Assembly (NCBI GenBank): GCA_963837955.1
Contig: CAWIPH010000002.1
Location: 3,162,623-3,226,622 of the forward strand
From: an uncultured Verrucomicrobiae bacterium
GTDB lineage: Bacteria > Verrucomicrobiota > Verrucomicrobiia > Chthoniobacterales > JAFAMB01
Length of the DNA: 64,000 bases
Direction: 5' to 3'
Positions within the stretch are counted from its first letter, which is position 1. The number at the start of each line of letters is the position of its first letter. A program made the position numbers and the translations under genes. Below, piece by piece: positions 9,576 to 18,238 of the stretch. The notes below the pieces were generated by a model. The model worked only from the letters and a program-made list of their open reading frames with translations, was not told the origin of the DNA and did no database searches.

Positions 9576-10180
9576 AACGTCTTATCGTCTTTCTGGTCGC
9601 ACTTTTTGTAGCCGATTCCGTCGTCCGCGCCGATGAAGTAGCAATTTTTGATCTGGAATGGGGGAAGGGTAAAGCACGGCAGACCCGCAGTTTCGTCATC
9701 GAATTCGACGAAGCTGCTGCACCTGCTACCGTCGCCAACTTCAAGAAACTCGTTCGCGATAAGTTCTATCTTAAGACCGCCATCCATCGCGTCATCCCGG
9801 ACTACCTGGTTCAGGGCGGGGATCCGTTGAGCAAGAAGAAGGATCGAAATGTTATCGGCACTGGAGGACCGGGTTACACCTTGCCACCTGAGATCCGCCT
9901 AAAGCATGTGCGCAGTGCCGTAGCCATGGGACGTTTACCGGATAACGTCAATCCCCAACGGCTCTCTAATGGGAGCCAGTTCTATGTTTGTTTGCGGCCC
10001 ATCCCAACCCAAGACGGTAAGGACACTGTGTTCGGTCATGTTGTATCTGGGCTGGATGGGCTGACTGAGATTAGTCACGCGGTAGCGGATACCAACGCTA
10101 ACCCGGTCGACAAAATCGAAGTGAAGCGCGCCTATATATTTGACCGGTCTCAAACCGCGACTCCGCCCGCGAAACATTAG
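9572..10180 (+). CDS. Periplasmic cyclophilin-type peptidyl-prolyl cis-trans isomerase
   Basis: 202-aa ORF with signal peptide MKRLIVFLVALFVADSVVRA. Cyclophilin blocks are present: FHRVIP-like IHRVIPDYLVQGGDP, GTGGPGYTLPPE, NGSQFYVCL and TVFGHVVSGLD. The start overlaps the ygfZ stop by 4 nt. Confidence 0.9.
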   Translation: MKRLIVFLVALFVADSVVRADEVAIFDLEWGKGKARQTRSFVIEFDEAAAPATVANFKKLVRDKFYLKTAIHRVIPDYLVQGGDPLSKKKDRNVIGTGGPGYTLPPEIRLKHVRSAVAMGRLPDNVNPQRLSNGSQFYVCLRPIPTQDGKDTVFGHVVSGLDGLTEISHAVADTNANPVDKIEVKRAYIFDRSQTATPPAKH

Positions 10181-10445
10181 ACACAGAGCGCAAGTGCCGG
10201 GGCCCAGGATAGTGAGACCCGCTTCGGGAGTTCAACCCCAGCAACCAAACGGTGTAGCTGTCGCAAACATGACGTCTTGCCAATTTCTTTCGTTGCCGAA
10301 GAAAGGACCACGCGATTCGTCCAAAATCCCCTTGCGCGCTCGGACCCTGAGTTCTATATAGACTGCTCCGGTATTCACGGATTCGCGATCAACCGCTTTC
10401 CGGCGCTGAACCGAGAACGGGCAAACGTGAACCGCAGATCGTTAA

Positions 10446-10529
10446 GGGTAGGTACCGAAGTGGCCAAACGGGGCAGACTGTAAATCTGCTGGCTTTACGC
10501 CTTCAGTGGTTCGAATCCACTCCTGCCCA
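10446..10529 (+). tRNA. tRNA-Tyr(GTA): tRNA-Tyr (anticodon GTA), long variable arm, CCA not encoded
   Basis: Manual cloverleaf. Acceptor GGGTAGG pairs with CCTGCCC plus discriminator A. The anticodon stem-loop is GCAGA-CTGTAAA-TCTGC. A long variable arm is present, and the T arm is AGTGG-TTCGAAT-CCACT. Confidence 0.9.
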
Positions 10530-10530
10530 T

Positions 10531-10870
10531 ACTTCGCCCCCTCGCAAGCTCGGCGGCTTCGTATGGCAAGCCATACTTTTCCCCGGCACGCCAATGACCC
10601 TTGACTGGGGCGAAGTATGCCCTTCGTAGCTCGGCGTCAGCCGAGCGTAGGAGGGCCTTCTCTCATCACTCCGTTGCGCTTTCTTCGCCGCCTCGTAAGC
10701 TCGGTGGCTTCCGACTCCGCTCAATTGTCGTACGCTCATGGAAGCGACGCCGGCTTCGTCGGACAAGTCGTATGGCAAGCCATTATCTACCTTGCCCACG
10801 GTCCGCTCTACCCATCGCAAGGCGAAGTATGCCCTTCTTAGCTCGGCGTTAGCCGAGCGCAGGAGGGCTT
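10531..10870. repeat. Cluster of short dispersed/palindromic repeats immediately 3' of tRNA-Tyr
   Basis: Two 49-nt copies match at 45/49 positions (10609-10657 and 10821-10869). Each contains the hairpin GCTCGGC-GTYA-GCCGAGC. Related units CTTCGCCSCCTCGYAAGCTCGGYGGCTTC lie at 10532-10560 and 10683-10711, with a third degenerate copy at 11571-11598. Confidence 0.65.
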
Positions 10871-11064
10871 TCCCGCAATTCCCGGGTTCGTTCGGATCGA
10901 CTCGGCTATTTCGCTTTCTAGCTCGCCGTCCGTAGTCTCGCTGCATTTTTATTCAGGCCGTCTTCTTTTCGATGCGAATCCCCGCAAAGAACGCGTCCGA
11001 AGCTACGCCAAATATATACAACAGAAATAGATTGTGTATTATTAAGTGCCGTGGACGACTCTAA

Positions 11065-11334
11065 GACCAAAGCGCTTACAAGCCACCCGTCCTGCACTTC
11101 GTCTACATCATCGTTTCTATATCTCATCCAAAACGCTATTACGTCGGACTCACAAACAATGTTCGCCGGCGTCTGGGTCATCATAACCAAGGTATCGTGG
11201 GATCGACGGCACCGTTCAGGCCTTGGCGATTACGAACAGCCATCTGTTTCGCTAGACGGCATCGAGCTTCCGAATTCGAACGCTATTTGAAAACCGGTTC
11301 CGGTATCGCGTTCCTTAGGAAGCGATTTCTCTGA
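11065..11334 (+). pseudogene. Small GIY-YIG nuclease-family ORF lacking a canonical start codon
   Basis: Frame open from the stop at 11062-11064 to TGA at 11332-11334. It translates to ...KPPVLHFVYIIVSISHPKRYYVGLTNNVRRRLGHHNQGIVGSTAPFRPWRLRTAICFARRHRASEFERYLKTGSGIAFLRKRFL. That shows the GIY-YIG pattern (xVY..., YVG-T, R...H-N-G, E..LK). There is no ATG/GTG/TTG upstream of the domain; only CTG at 11092. The ORF is absent from the supplied track. Confidence 0.6.
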
Positions 11335-11868
11335 CTCCGTCGCTTCGCAACGGAAGCCTCGGATTTGGCGCGTGCTGCATGAGAACGAACTTCGACCGGC
11401 TGGCGCTTGCGTAACGAAGTGCGCGACGCTTTCAGTTCCGGTAGCCCGCTCTCGTTAGATGACTGGTCGATTAAACTGAACTATTTCCTGTGGCTCGTTA
11501 TGTCTTCTCTCCATTCTCCCATTTGTGTTTTCGTCGAGCGTAGTAGGGCTATCTCTTTGCTGTCGGCTTACTTCGCCCCCCTCGAAGCTAGGCGAACGTA
11601 TCGGCCGCTTATCCAGAATGCCCAACAATCCCTTGGCTTCTGGACGAACTAATTTTGGGCACAAATTAAAAATTGTTGCCATGCTCCGCCTAATCTGATT
11701 TCCTCGGCCGTTTAGTCTTTCACTTAGGGGCCTGGGAACTTGCCACTGGGCGCTGGCAGCAGGCGCGATCTCACAAATCGAGGATCGCGCTATCTGTAAC
11801 AGGCTCGGTTGCATCTGTGGATCGCGCTATCGCGCGGGTGGTTTGTCTTAGGCTCCCAAAACCAATTG

Positions 11869-14688
11869 ATGGATGAAATGCAAAGCTATTCCCTAATCCA
11901 ACGAAATATACTGCTTGTTGTCCTTCTGCTTGCTCCGTTCTTGTATCAAACAAGTACCTATGCAGATGGAACCCCCAGGAATCTCGCCGACGGCCTGTAC
12001 GAAATAGTTCAGGAGAGCCAAGCTTCCCCTGCCCTCCAGCAAAGTTTGGTTCGGAAGCCAACCGCGACGGATCGGCTATCTAAGTTTGCTCTGAAGGATG
12101 AGCAAGGACGCTTCATGGTGGATGTCCACCTGGACGGAACCCGATCAATCGCGGCGGTGCGGGCGATGCTCCTATCGCAAAAAGATGTAACTTTTATCGC
12201 CGAAGATCATGCGTTCCAAGCGGGTACAATCGAGGCGTACATGACACCCGCAGCTGCTGCTGATCTCGCGCAAAAGCCCGGTATCGCGGCCCTTTCTTTG
12301 GTTTGGAAGCCGAGGTTAAACATTGGTGCGGTTACGACCCAGGGATTCATTCAACATCGGGTGAACGATATTGCGGGCAAGTATACCGGAGCCGGCGTCA
12401 AGGTGGGCGTGCTATCTGATAGTTATGACAGTTATGCATCCTCCGATCCCGCTCACGATGCAGCTGTCGATATTTCTACCGGTGACTTGCCGGGCCCAGG
12501 TAACCCTTACGGAAATACGACGCCGGTTACTGTGCTTGATGACACGTTTGTGGGGGGTACCGACGAGGGAAGAGCAATGCTGCAGATCGTGACAGATATC
12601 GCGCCCAAAGCGCAACTCGGGTTCGCTACTGCAGCTACCGGGTATATCCAATTTGCTAACAATATCCGCGCGCTAAAGGACAAATTCGGAGCCGACGTAA
12701 TCTGCGATGACGTACAGTATTACGAGGAACCCATGTTCCAGGACGGCCCAATTGCCCAAGCCGTCGACTATGTAGCTTCTAAAGGAGTTGGCTATTTTTC
12801 GGCTGCAGGAAATTCGCCGGGAATCCAAGGATACGCTGCCACCTTTAATTGGGTCGATCCGACCCACCCAAAGGCCGCATTAAAAGGCACCAACATTAAC
12901 CTCACCGGTGTTGACCCGAGTCTGTATGCCGGCGGATTTCACAATTTTCGTACCGACGGCGGTCAAGATATTGCCCAGGAGCTGATGGGCGGATATTTCA
13001 GTTCCGGCGGTATGATCTTTCAGTGGAATGATCCTTATGCCTACGTGAGCTACCCTCTAGGCAAACTATTGTTGAATTCGACTGGCGACATCACCACCAT
13101 CAACCAACAGGTTAGCTTTCCGTTGGACATGAAGGCAGCGAACACTTTGGTACAGATCGAACTCGGTCCAACCAAGGGTAGCGCGGTCAACGCCAATGTC
13201 GCCATTATTGACCCGAAGGGGAAGGAAATCTTTGTGGCTCAATCAAGGTATACGCCCCAAGAAGTGGCTCTACCTTTGTCCGGAACCTACACTGTCGTCG
13301 TTAGCGGAGCATTCGGCTCCCTGGGAGAATTCTACGTAAAAGTTAACAAGGTGAATGTGACTCCTTCGCCGCGCATCAGCTGCAACTATAATCTTCTCTT
13401 CTTCGACGAATATGGATCGTTCATCGCTGCAACTACGATGGATGCGATCGCGACAAAACAACCGGCCATGGCTATTGCCATCCCGGCGTATGGCAAATTC
13501 CAGCTCGTCATTGCGCGATCGAATATCCCGACTGGTCCGCATCCGGCGGATCAATTGCGATACGTGCTGGTGCAATCGACCACCGTGCCGCTAGACTATT
13601 TCTCGTTCTCTAGCCCAACCACCTACGGCCATAGTTGCGCCAATGGGGCTAACGGGGTGGCTGCCTACAGTGCTTTTCGACCATTTGCTCCAGAACCTTA
13701 TACCTCTCCGGGGCCGGCAACGATCTATTTTGACGACGAGAACAATAAGTTGAGTACGCCGGAAGTGCGACAACGGCCGAACTTCGCGGGCATGGATGGC
13801 GCCTATACGACTTTCTTTGGTAGTATGACTGGCCAGGATACCAGCACGTATCCGAACTTTTTCGGTACAAGCGCGGCGACGCCGCACGCCGCAGCAATTG
13901 CCGCGTTAGTACTTGAAGCTCACGGCGGATCCGGTTCGGTAAGGCCGGAACAAATGCGGCAGATTTTGGAGAAAAGCACATTCGATCATGCTCTCACCCC
14001 TTACTACGCGGAGGGTCTCGCCTATACTTCGGGCCGCACCGTTTTGATACAGGCCAATGGGGACGATAACACGGTCTCTGAAGATAATCCGGATCAGTAC
14101 ACCATTCAGCTTTTTGGCAAAGGATCCATTTCCTCTCTCTCCATCGATCTGCATGATGCCGATCCGACCGCCGGCAATATTTACAAAGCTTACCAGGGAC
14201 AAGTTTTTGATCCCAGGCCCCAGAATCCGCAAAACGGAGCCGGTGGGTTTCCATTTACCGTTGGAAGTGACTCGGTGGGCATCACCAACTCGGACGTGAC
14301 GGCAGCCTTTGATGAGCAAGCGCCGGCCCCCTCGGTGAAAGGGCAGTGCTATCGCGTGAAATTGAATTTCACTCCAAATAAGTTAGTGAAAGGCGCCATT
14401 CTTCGGTTCGGTGTAGCCCGACTCGAACAACATTCTTCGTATTCGCCAACGCGCGGCGGCACGGGTGGAGGGACCACGAGCGGCGGCGGCGCGGCAGATC
14501 TTCTCGGCCAAGGCGTCCTCCTCCCAAGTGGACAGTTCGTCGGAATCGGAGCTGCATTTTCTGGAACCTTAGATGATGGAACCCCGTTCCAGGGAACCTT
14601 TACCAACAAGATTGGGCCAGGTTGGACGCCGGTTGATGGCTACGGATTCATCAACGCACAAAAGGCAGTGAGTGAACCGTTGCCCTGA
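11869..14688 (+). CDS. Large secreted subtilase-fold (S8/S53-type) serine peptidase
   Basis: The ORF is open from 11809. The start was moved to MDEMQSYSLIQRNILLVVLLLAPFLYQTSTYA, which reads as a signal peptide. The Ser motif FFGTSAATPHAAAIAALVLEA, the Asp region GVKVGVLSDSYD and the oxyanion-type SAAGNSPG are present. A canonical HGT His motif was not seen; GGTDEGRAMLQIVTDIAPKA sits at that position. Confidence 0.8.
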   Translation: MDEMQSYSLIQRNILLVVLLLAPFLYQTSTYADGTPRNLADGLYEIVQESQASPALQQSLVRKPTATDRLSKFALKDEQGRFMVDVHLDGTRSIAAVRAMLLSQKDVTFIAEDHAFQAGTIEAYMTPAAAADLAQKPGIAALSLVWKPRLNIGAVTTQGFIQHRVNDIAGKYTGAGVKVGVLSDSYDSYASSDPAHDAAVDISTGDLPGPGNPYGNTTPVTVLDDTFVGGTDEGRAMLQIVTDIAPKAQLGFATAATGYIQFANNIRALKDKFGADVICDDVQYYEEPMFQDGPIAQAVDYVASKGVGYFSAAGNSPGIQGYAATFNWVDPTHPKAALKGTNINLTGVDPSLYAGGFHNFRTDGGQDIAQELMGGYFSSGGMIFQWNDPYAYVSYPLGKLLLNSTGDITTINQQVSFPLDMKAANTLVQIELGPTKGSAVNANVAIIDPKGKEIFVAQSRYTPQEVALPLSGTYTVVVSGAFGSLGEFYVKVNKVNVTPSPRISCNYNLLFFDEYGSFIAATTMDAIATKQPAMAIAIPAYGKFQLVIARSNIPTGPHPADQLRYVLVQSTTVPLDYFSFSSPTTYGHSCANGANGVAAYSAFRPFAPEPYTSPGPATIYFDDENNKLSTPEVRQRPNFAGMDGAYTTFFGSMTGQDTSTYPNFFGTSAATPHAAAIAALVLEAHGGSGSVRPEQMRQILEKSTFDHALTPYYAEGLAYTSGRTVLIQANGDDNTVSEDNPDQYTIQLFGKGSISSLSIDLHDADPTAGNIYKAYQGQVFDPRPQNPQNGAGGFPFTVGSDSVGITNSDVTAAFDEQAPAPSVKGQCYRVKLNFTPNKLVKGAILRFGVARLEQHSSYSPTRGGTGGGTTSGGGAADLLGQGVLLPSGQFVGIGAAFSGTLDDGTPFQGTFTNKIGPGWTPVDGYGFINAQKAVSEPLP

Positions 14689-14880
14689 TTTAGCTCGTTG
14701 GTGACGCCTGATTTGAGAGTCAATCCGCTACCGAATTGAAGGCCGAACGCCGGTATTATTCTAACTGGCGTTTGGCCCGACCTCTTTCCTGGCCGAACGG
14801 CTTGATCAGAACAAGGCAGATTTCACAACGATTTCTCAATGCGTATCTCTCCCCGGTTGCAGTACAGGCGGAAACGTTGC

Positions 14881-15144
14881 TTAAGCTGTCGATGCGCCCG
14901 TGAGCTTCAGAAAATAAGCGGATGCGTCATCTAGCTTTTCAAAAACAGAAATTTGCTCTGCATTGACCGGCCAGACGAATCGCTCGAATCCATGGAAGTC
15001 GATTGCGTCTGCGGTTACCACTAGATACCTCGTAGAGAGGTCGTTAAGCCGAAGCAAGAAAACCGGTTCAGACTGCCGCTTCACTGAATAGACCTTGCCG
15101 TCTACGACTGTCGTACGCCGGGACATTTCTACACGCTCTGCCAT
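14881..15144 (-). CDS. Hypothetical protein
   Basis: 87-aa ORF in an otherwise non-coding gap. No recognisable motif and no overlapping better ORF. Confidence 0.35.
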   Translation of the reverse strand: MAERVEMSRRTTVVDGKVYSVKRQSEPVFLLRLNDLSTRYLVVTADAIDFHGFERFVWPVNAEQISVFEKLDDASAYFLKLTGASTA

Positions 15145-15583
15145 TGCAATACTGTCGCTCGGTTTAGGAAAAGATCACCTAAATCGTTCAGCAAGCCGCA
15201 AAGGGAGGTCAGGCGGAATTTTCAAGAGCTAGAGTCCCGTGCCCCTGGACTTGTGAATGACGCGAATGCCCGCGTCCGAGCAGGTCCTCTGACGCCGCAG
15301 CCAAACCAATTGCAGTGAACGCCCGTTTGCGCCAATTTCCTCCATGGGATTACGCGTTCGCAGACGACCCCAACTATTCTATGCCGAATATTCGTCCGGA
15401 CGGCCCTCCGGTTGCGGATGCTGCGGCTGTCTGATGACACCATTCCTCGCTTTATTGCTGGTCACACTACTCCTGGTAGAACGACTCATCAGGAGGCTCT
15501 TAGCCCGTCCTTAGGCAATCCCGATCAGAGCGACCATACCGCCAGCACAGCGAAGGAAAATCCATTCGCGGCACTCCGAGGAG

Positions 15584-16408
15584 TCAGACCGAAACCAATT
15601 CCTGCGAAAGCGCCGCCAATCGTTGCTGCATCTGTTTGTCGTAGGCCTGAGCGCTGGCTTTCGCTACGCTAAGCCCATCGAAATATTCTCCGGTCACATT
15701 CTCGAGTGCCGGATCGGTTACCAGTCTCAGTGTTGCATTCAATCCCTCTTCCACCGAGCTCATCACCTCCCAGCCGGCTTCAAGGACCATTTTCGTGGGC
15801 ATCAGAGAGGCGGGATGAAGCGCATTGACAGTCACTCCCGTACCCGCCAAGCGCCTGGCCAGATCAAATGTCCAGGCGATCATCGCGAGTTTGCTTTGCC
15901 GGTAAGCCGTAACGCCGGAGTACCCGCGCGTCAGCATGATATTATCGAAATCTAAGGGCGCTTGGCCGACCGAAGCGACGTTTACGATCCGAGCAGGAAT
16001 TGATGTTTTGAGCAACGGAAGCAATCGCTCCGTCAGGAGATAGGGAGCGAGGTAGTTTACCGCAAAACGAAGTTCATATCCATCTTGGCTAAGTTCGCGT
16101 TTGGAAGCGTCTTTGCCGAAGCCAACTCCTGCATTATTCACGAGCACATCGAGCCGGGTAACACTAGAGATGACTTGCTTTGCCAATTCCCGAACTTCTG
16201 CGAGCGAAGAAAGATCTGCGCGGCAAAACTGAATTCTGTCGTTGCCCGTTGCCTCTTTCAGCTTGCGCACGGTTTCCAGGCCGCGTTCCGTGTCGCGCCC
16301 GTGCAGCAAAAGGGTTGCGCCTTGGTCCGCCAAAGCCTGAGCGAGCTCCCGGCCCAACCCGCCGATTGCGCCAGTAATCAGTATCGTTTGTTTTTCGATC
16401 GGTCTCAT
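15584..16408 (-). CDS. Short-chain dehydrogenase/reductase (SDR) family oxidoreductase
   Basis: 274-aa ORF with Rossmann motif ILITGAIGGLGRELA (TGxxxGxG), NNAG, and catalytic YRQSK (YxxxK). Confidence 0.9.
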   Translation of the reverse strand: MRPIEKQTILITGAIGGLGRELAQALADQGATLLLHGRDTERGLETVRKLKEATGNDRIQFCRADLSSLAEVRELAKQVISSVTRLDVLVNNAGVGFGKDASKRELSQDGYELRFAVNYLAPYLLTERLLPLLKTSIPARIVNVASVGQAPLDFDNIMLTRGYSGVTAYRQSKLAMIAWTFDLARRLAGTGVTVNALHPASLMPTKMVLEAGWEVMSSVEEGLNATLRLVTDPALENVTGEYFDGLSVAKASAQAYDKQMQQRLAALSQELVSV

Positions 16409-16606
16409 CCTTGTGTCTTAGACTTTTCGGAAGCTATTGGGCGGTTTCATATAGTGGTACTATACGCAAGTACGACTGTGTTTAGATACAGCCTGCTAAA
16501 TCATTGAAACTATCACGACAAGAATGGAAGCGGACTGGCGCGGGGCCGGCTCCCTGCCGTGGGAATGAACTTGATTAATCGGCGACTAAACTGAATTCTG
16601 CTCCGC

Positions 16607-18145
16607 ATGGAGTGTTCGCATGACGTCGTAGTCATCGGCGGTGCCATTGCCGGGGCGTCCACTGCATTCTTGCTCAAACGCAAGGATCCAGCGCTGCGTA
16701 TACTGATTATCGAAAAGGCGGAAGAATTCGACCGCAAAGTGGGGGAATCAACGAGCGAAGTGGGCGCTTGTTTCCTCATGCGGGTGCTGAATCTCAGTAA
16801 TCATCTGGGGCATGAGCAGATTACGAAGTCCGGGCTGCGAATGTGGTTCTATCGCGATAGTAATGATTGCTACACGCGTTGTGCCGAACTCGGTCCAAAA
16901 CATCAGACCCGCCTGCCGGCGTTTCAGCTCGATCGCGCGACGCTCGATGAAGCCGTTCTGCAGAAAGCGGTGAAGGCGGGATGCGAACTATGGCGTCCGG
17001 CCAAAGTGCAGGATTTGGAATTGGGTGGAGAAGGAAAAAATCAAATCAGCGTTCGAATAGGCGAAGAAATTCGCACTGTGACTGCACGCTGGGTGATTGA
17101 TGGGAGCGGTTGGACGGCAGTGATCGCACGCAAGCTAAAGCTCTATCGTCCGTTGGAAACGCATCCGATCAATGCCGTATGGGCGCGATTCCGCAACACA
17201 ACCGATCTCGACGGACCTGAGATCTGGGAAAGCGCTCCTCATTTTACCGAACCGTGCTGGGCGATGCGACAATGGGCGACCAACCATCTGATGGGAAACG
17301 GCTGGTGGGGTTGGCTGATTCCTTTGAAGGGTGGTGACTGCAGTGTCGGCCTGGTTTACGACAGCCGGATTTTTCAATTGCCTCCCGGAGCAAATCTAGG
17401 TGCGAGGCTGAAGGAACATCTGATGACTCATCCCCTAGGGAAAAAGGCGCTTTGCGATGCCGAATATATCGAGAAGGATGTCCACGCCCGTTCCAATCTC
17501 GCGTACTATAGCGAGCAATCCATTGGCGATGGATGGGCCTTAGTTGGGGACGCTTCCGGCTTTCTGGATCCCCTTTACAGCCAGGGATTCGATTTTATTT
17601 CGTATACCTGCTGCGGCGTGTTTGAAATCCTTTCGGACGCTCTGGCTGGCAAAGATATTACGAAAGCCAGAGATCGCTATAACTGCCTTTTTCAGAAGCA
17701 ATTTCATACTTGGTTTGAAAGCATTTATAAGGACAAATATTATTATCTCGGTGACGTGGAATTGATGATCGTTGCTTTTTATCTGGATATCGGAGCCTAT
17801 TTTATTGGCCCGGTGAGACAGGCGTACAGCAACGATCCTCGTCGCTACTCGGAGCTCCCGTATGGCGGCCCGGTTGGACAGATATTTGGCCGATTTATGC
17901 GACTTTATAATCGGCGCTTGGCGGCGATCGCTAAGCGAAGAATCACGGCCGGGACCTACGGCCTTAAGAACTTGGACACCCGGCTGTTCCTGCCCGGATT
18001 CAGCCCCGGTCCCGGATCCTTGAGGTTTATGTTACGCGGCGTTCGGAAATGGCTGGTCTTAGAGTGCAAAAACCTTTTCCTCCGAGTGCCATCCAATGCT
18101 CCGCCACCGGTTGTCGAACAGGCAGAACCCGCTCTCCGTCAATAG
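16607..18145 (+). CDS. FAD-dependent oxidoreductase of the flavin-dependent halogenase / geranylgeranyl-reductase-like superfamily
   Basis: 512-aa ORF with the N-terminal dinucleotide motif VVVIGGAIAGAS (GxGxxG). An internal GWWGWLIPL fits the WxWxIP motif of flavin-dependent halogenases. FDRKVGEST follows the FAD motif. Confidence 0.7.
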   Translation: MECSHDVVVIGGAIAGASTAFLLKRKDPALRILIIEKAEEFDRKVGESTSEVGACFLMRVLNLSNHLGHEQITKSGLRMWFYRDSNDCYTRCAELGPKHQTRLPAFQLDRATLDEAVLQKAVKAGCELWRPAKVQDLELGGEGKNQISVRIGEEIRTVTARWVIDGSGWTAVIARKLKLYRPLETHPINAVWARFRNTTDLDGPEIWESAPHFTEPCWAMRQWATNHLMGNGWWGWLIPLKGGDCSVGLVYDSRIFQLPPGANLGARLKEHLMTHPLGKKALCDAEYIEKDVHARSNLAYYSEQSIGDGWALVGDASGFLDPLYSQGFDFISYTCCGVFEILSDALAGKDITKARDRYNCLFQKQFHTWFESIYKDKYYYLGDVELMIVAFYLDIGAYFIGPVRQAYSNDPRRYSELPYGGPVGQIFGRFMRLYNRRLAAIAKRRITAGTYGLKNLDTRLFLPGFSPGPGSLRFMLRGVRKWLVLECKNLFLRVPSNAPPPVVEQAEPALRQ

Positions 18146-18238
18146 AGGATTCTGGCTCAATCGGACGGCGCGTAGCTGCGTCAACGCAAGGGTCGCAATC
18201 AGGCTCGCACAGGTTGCGCCACGGGTTGAAGAAATCGA

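Noticed and set aside
10503-10946. 147-aa minus-strand ORF (plus several + strand ORFs) across the region after tRNA-Tyr
   Set aside because: The ORF overlaps the 3' end of the tRNA and consists of translated copies of the nucleotide repeats (ALLRSANAELRRAYF twice). It is better explained as non-coding repeats.
10446-11808. Intact genomic island or prophage integrated at tRNA-Tyr
   Set aside because: No integrase, recombinase or phage genes are present. The segment is only ~1.3 kb and lacks a duplicated tRNA 3' end. At most it is a decayed remnant (reported as such).
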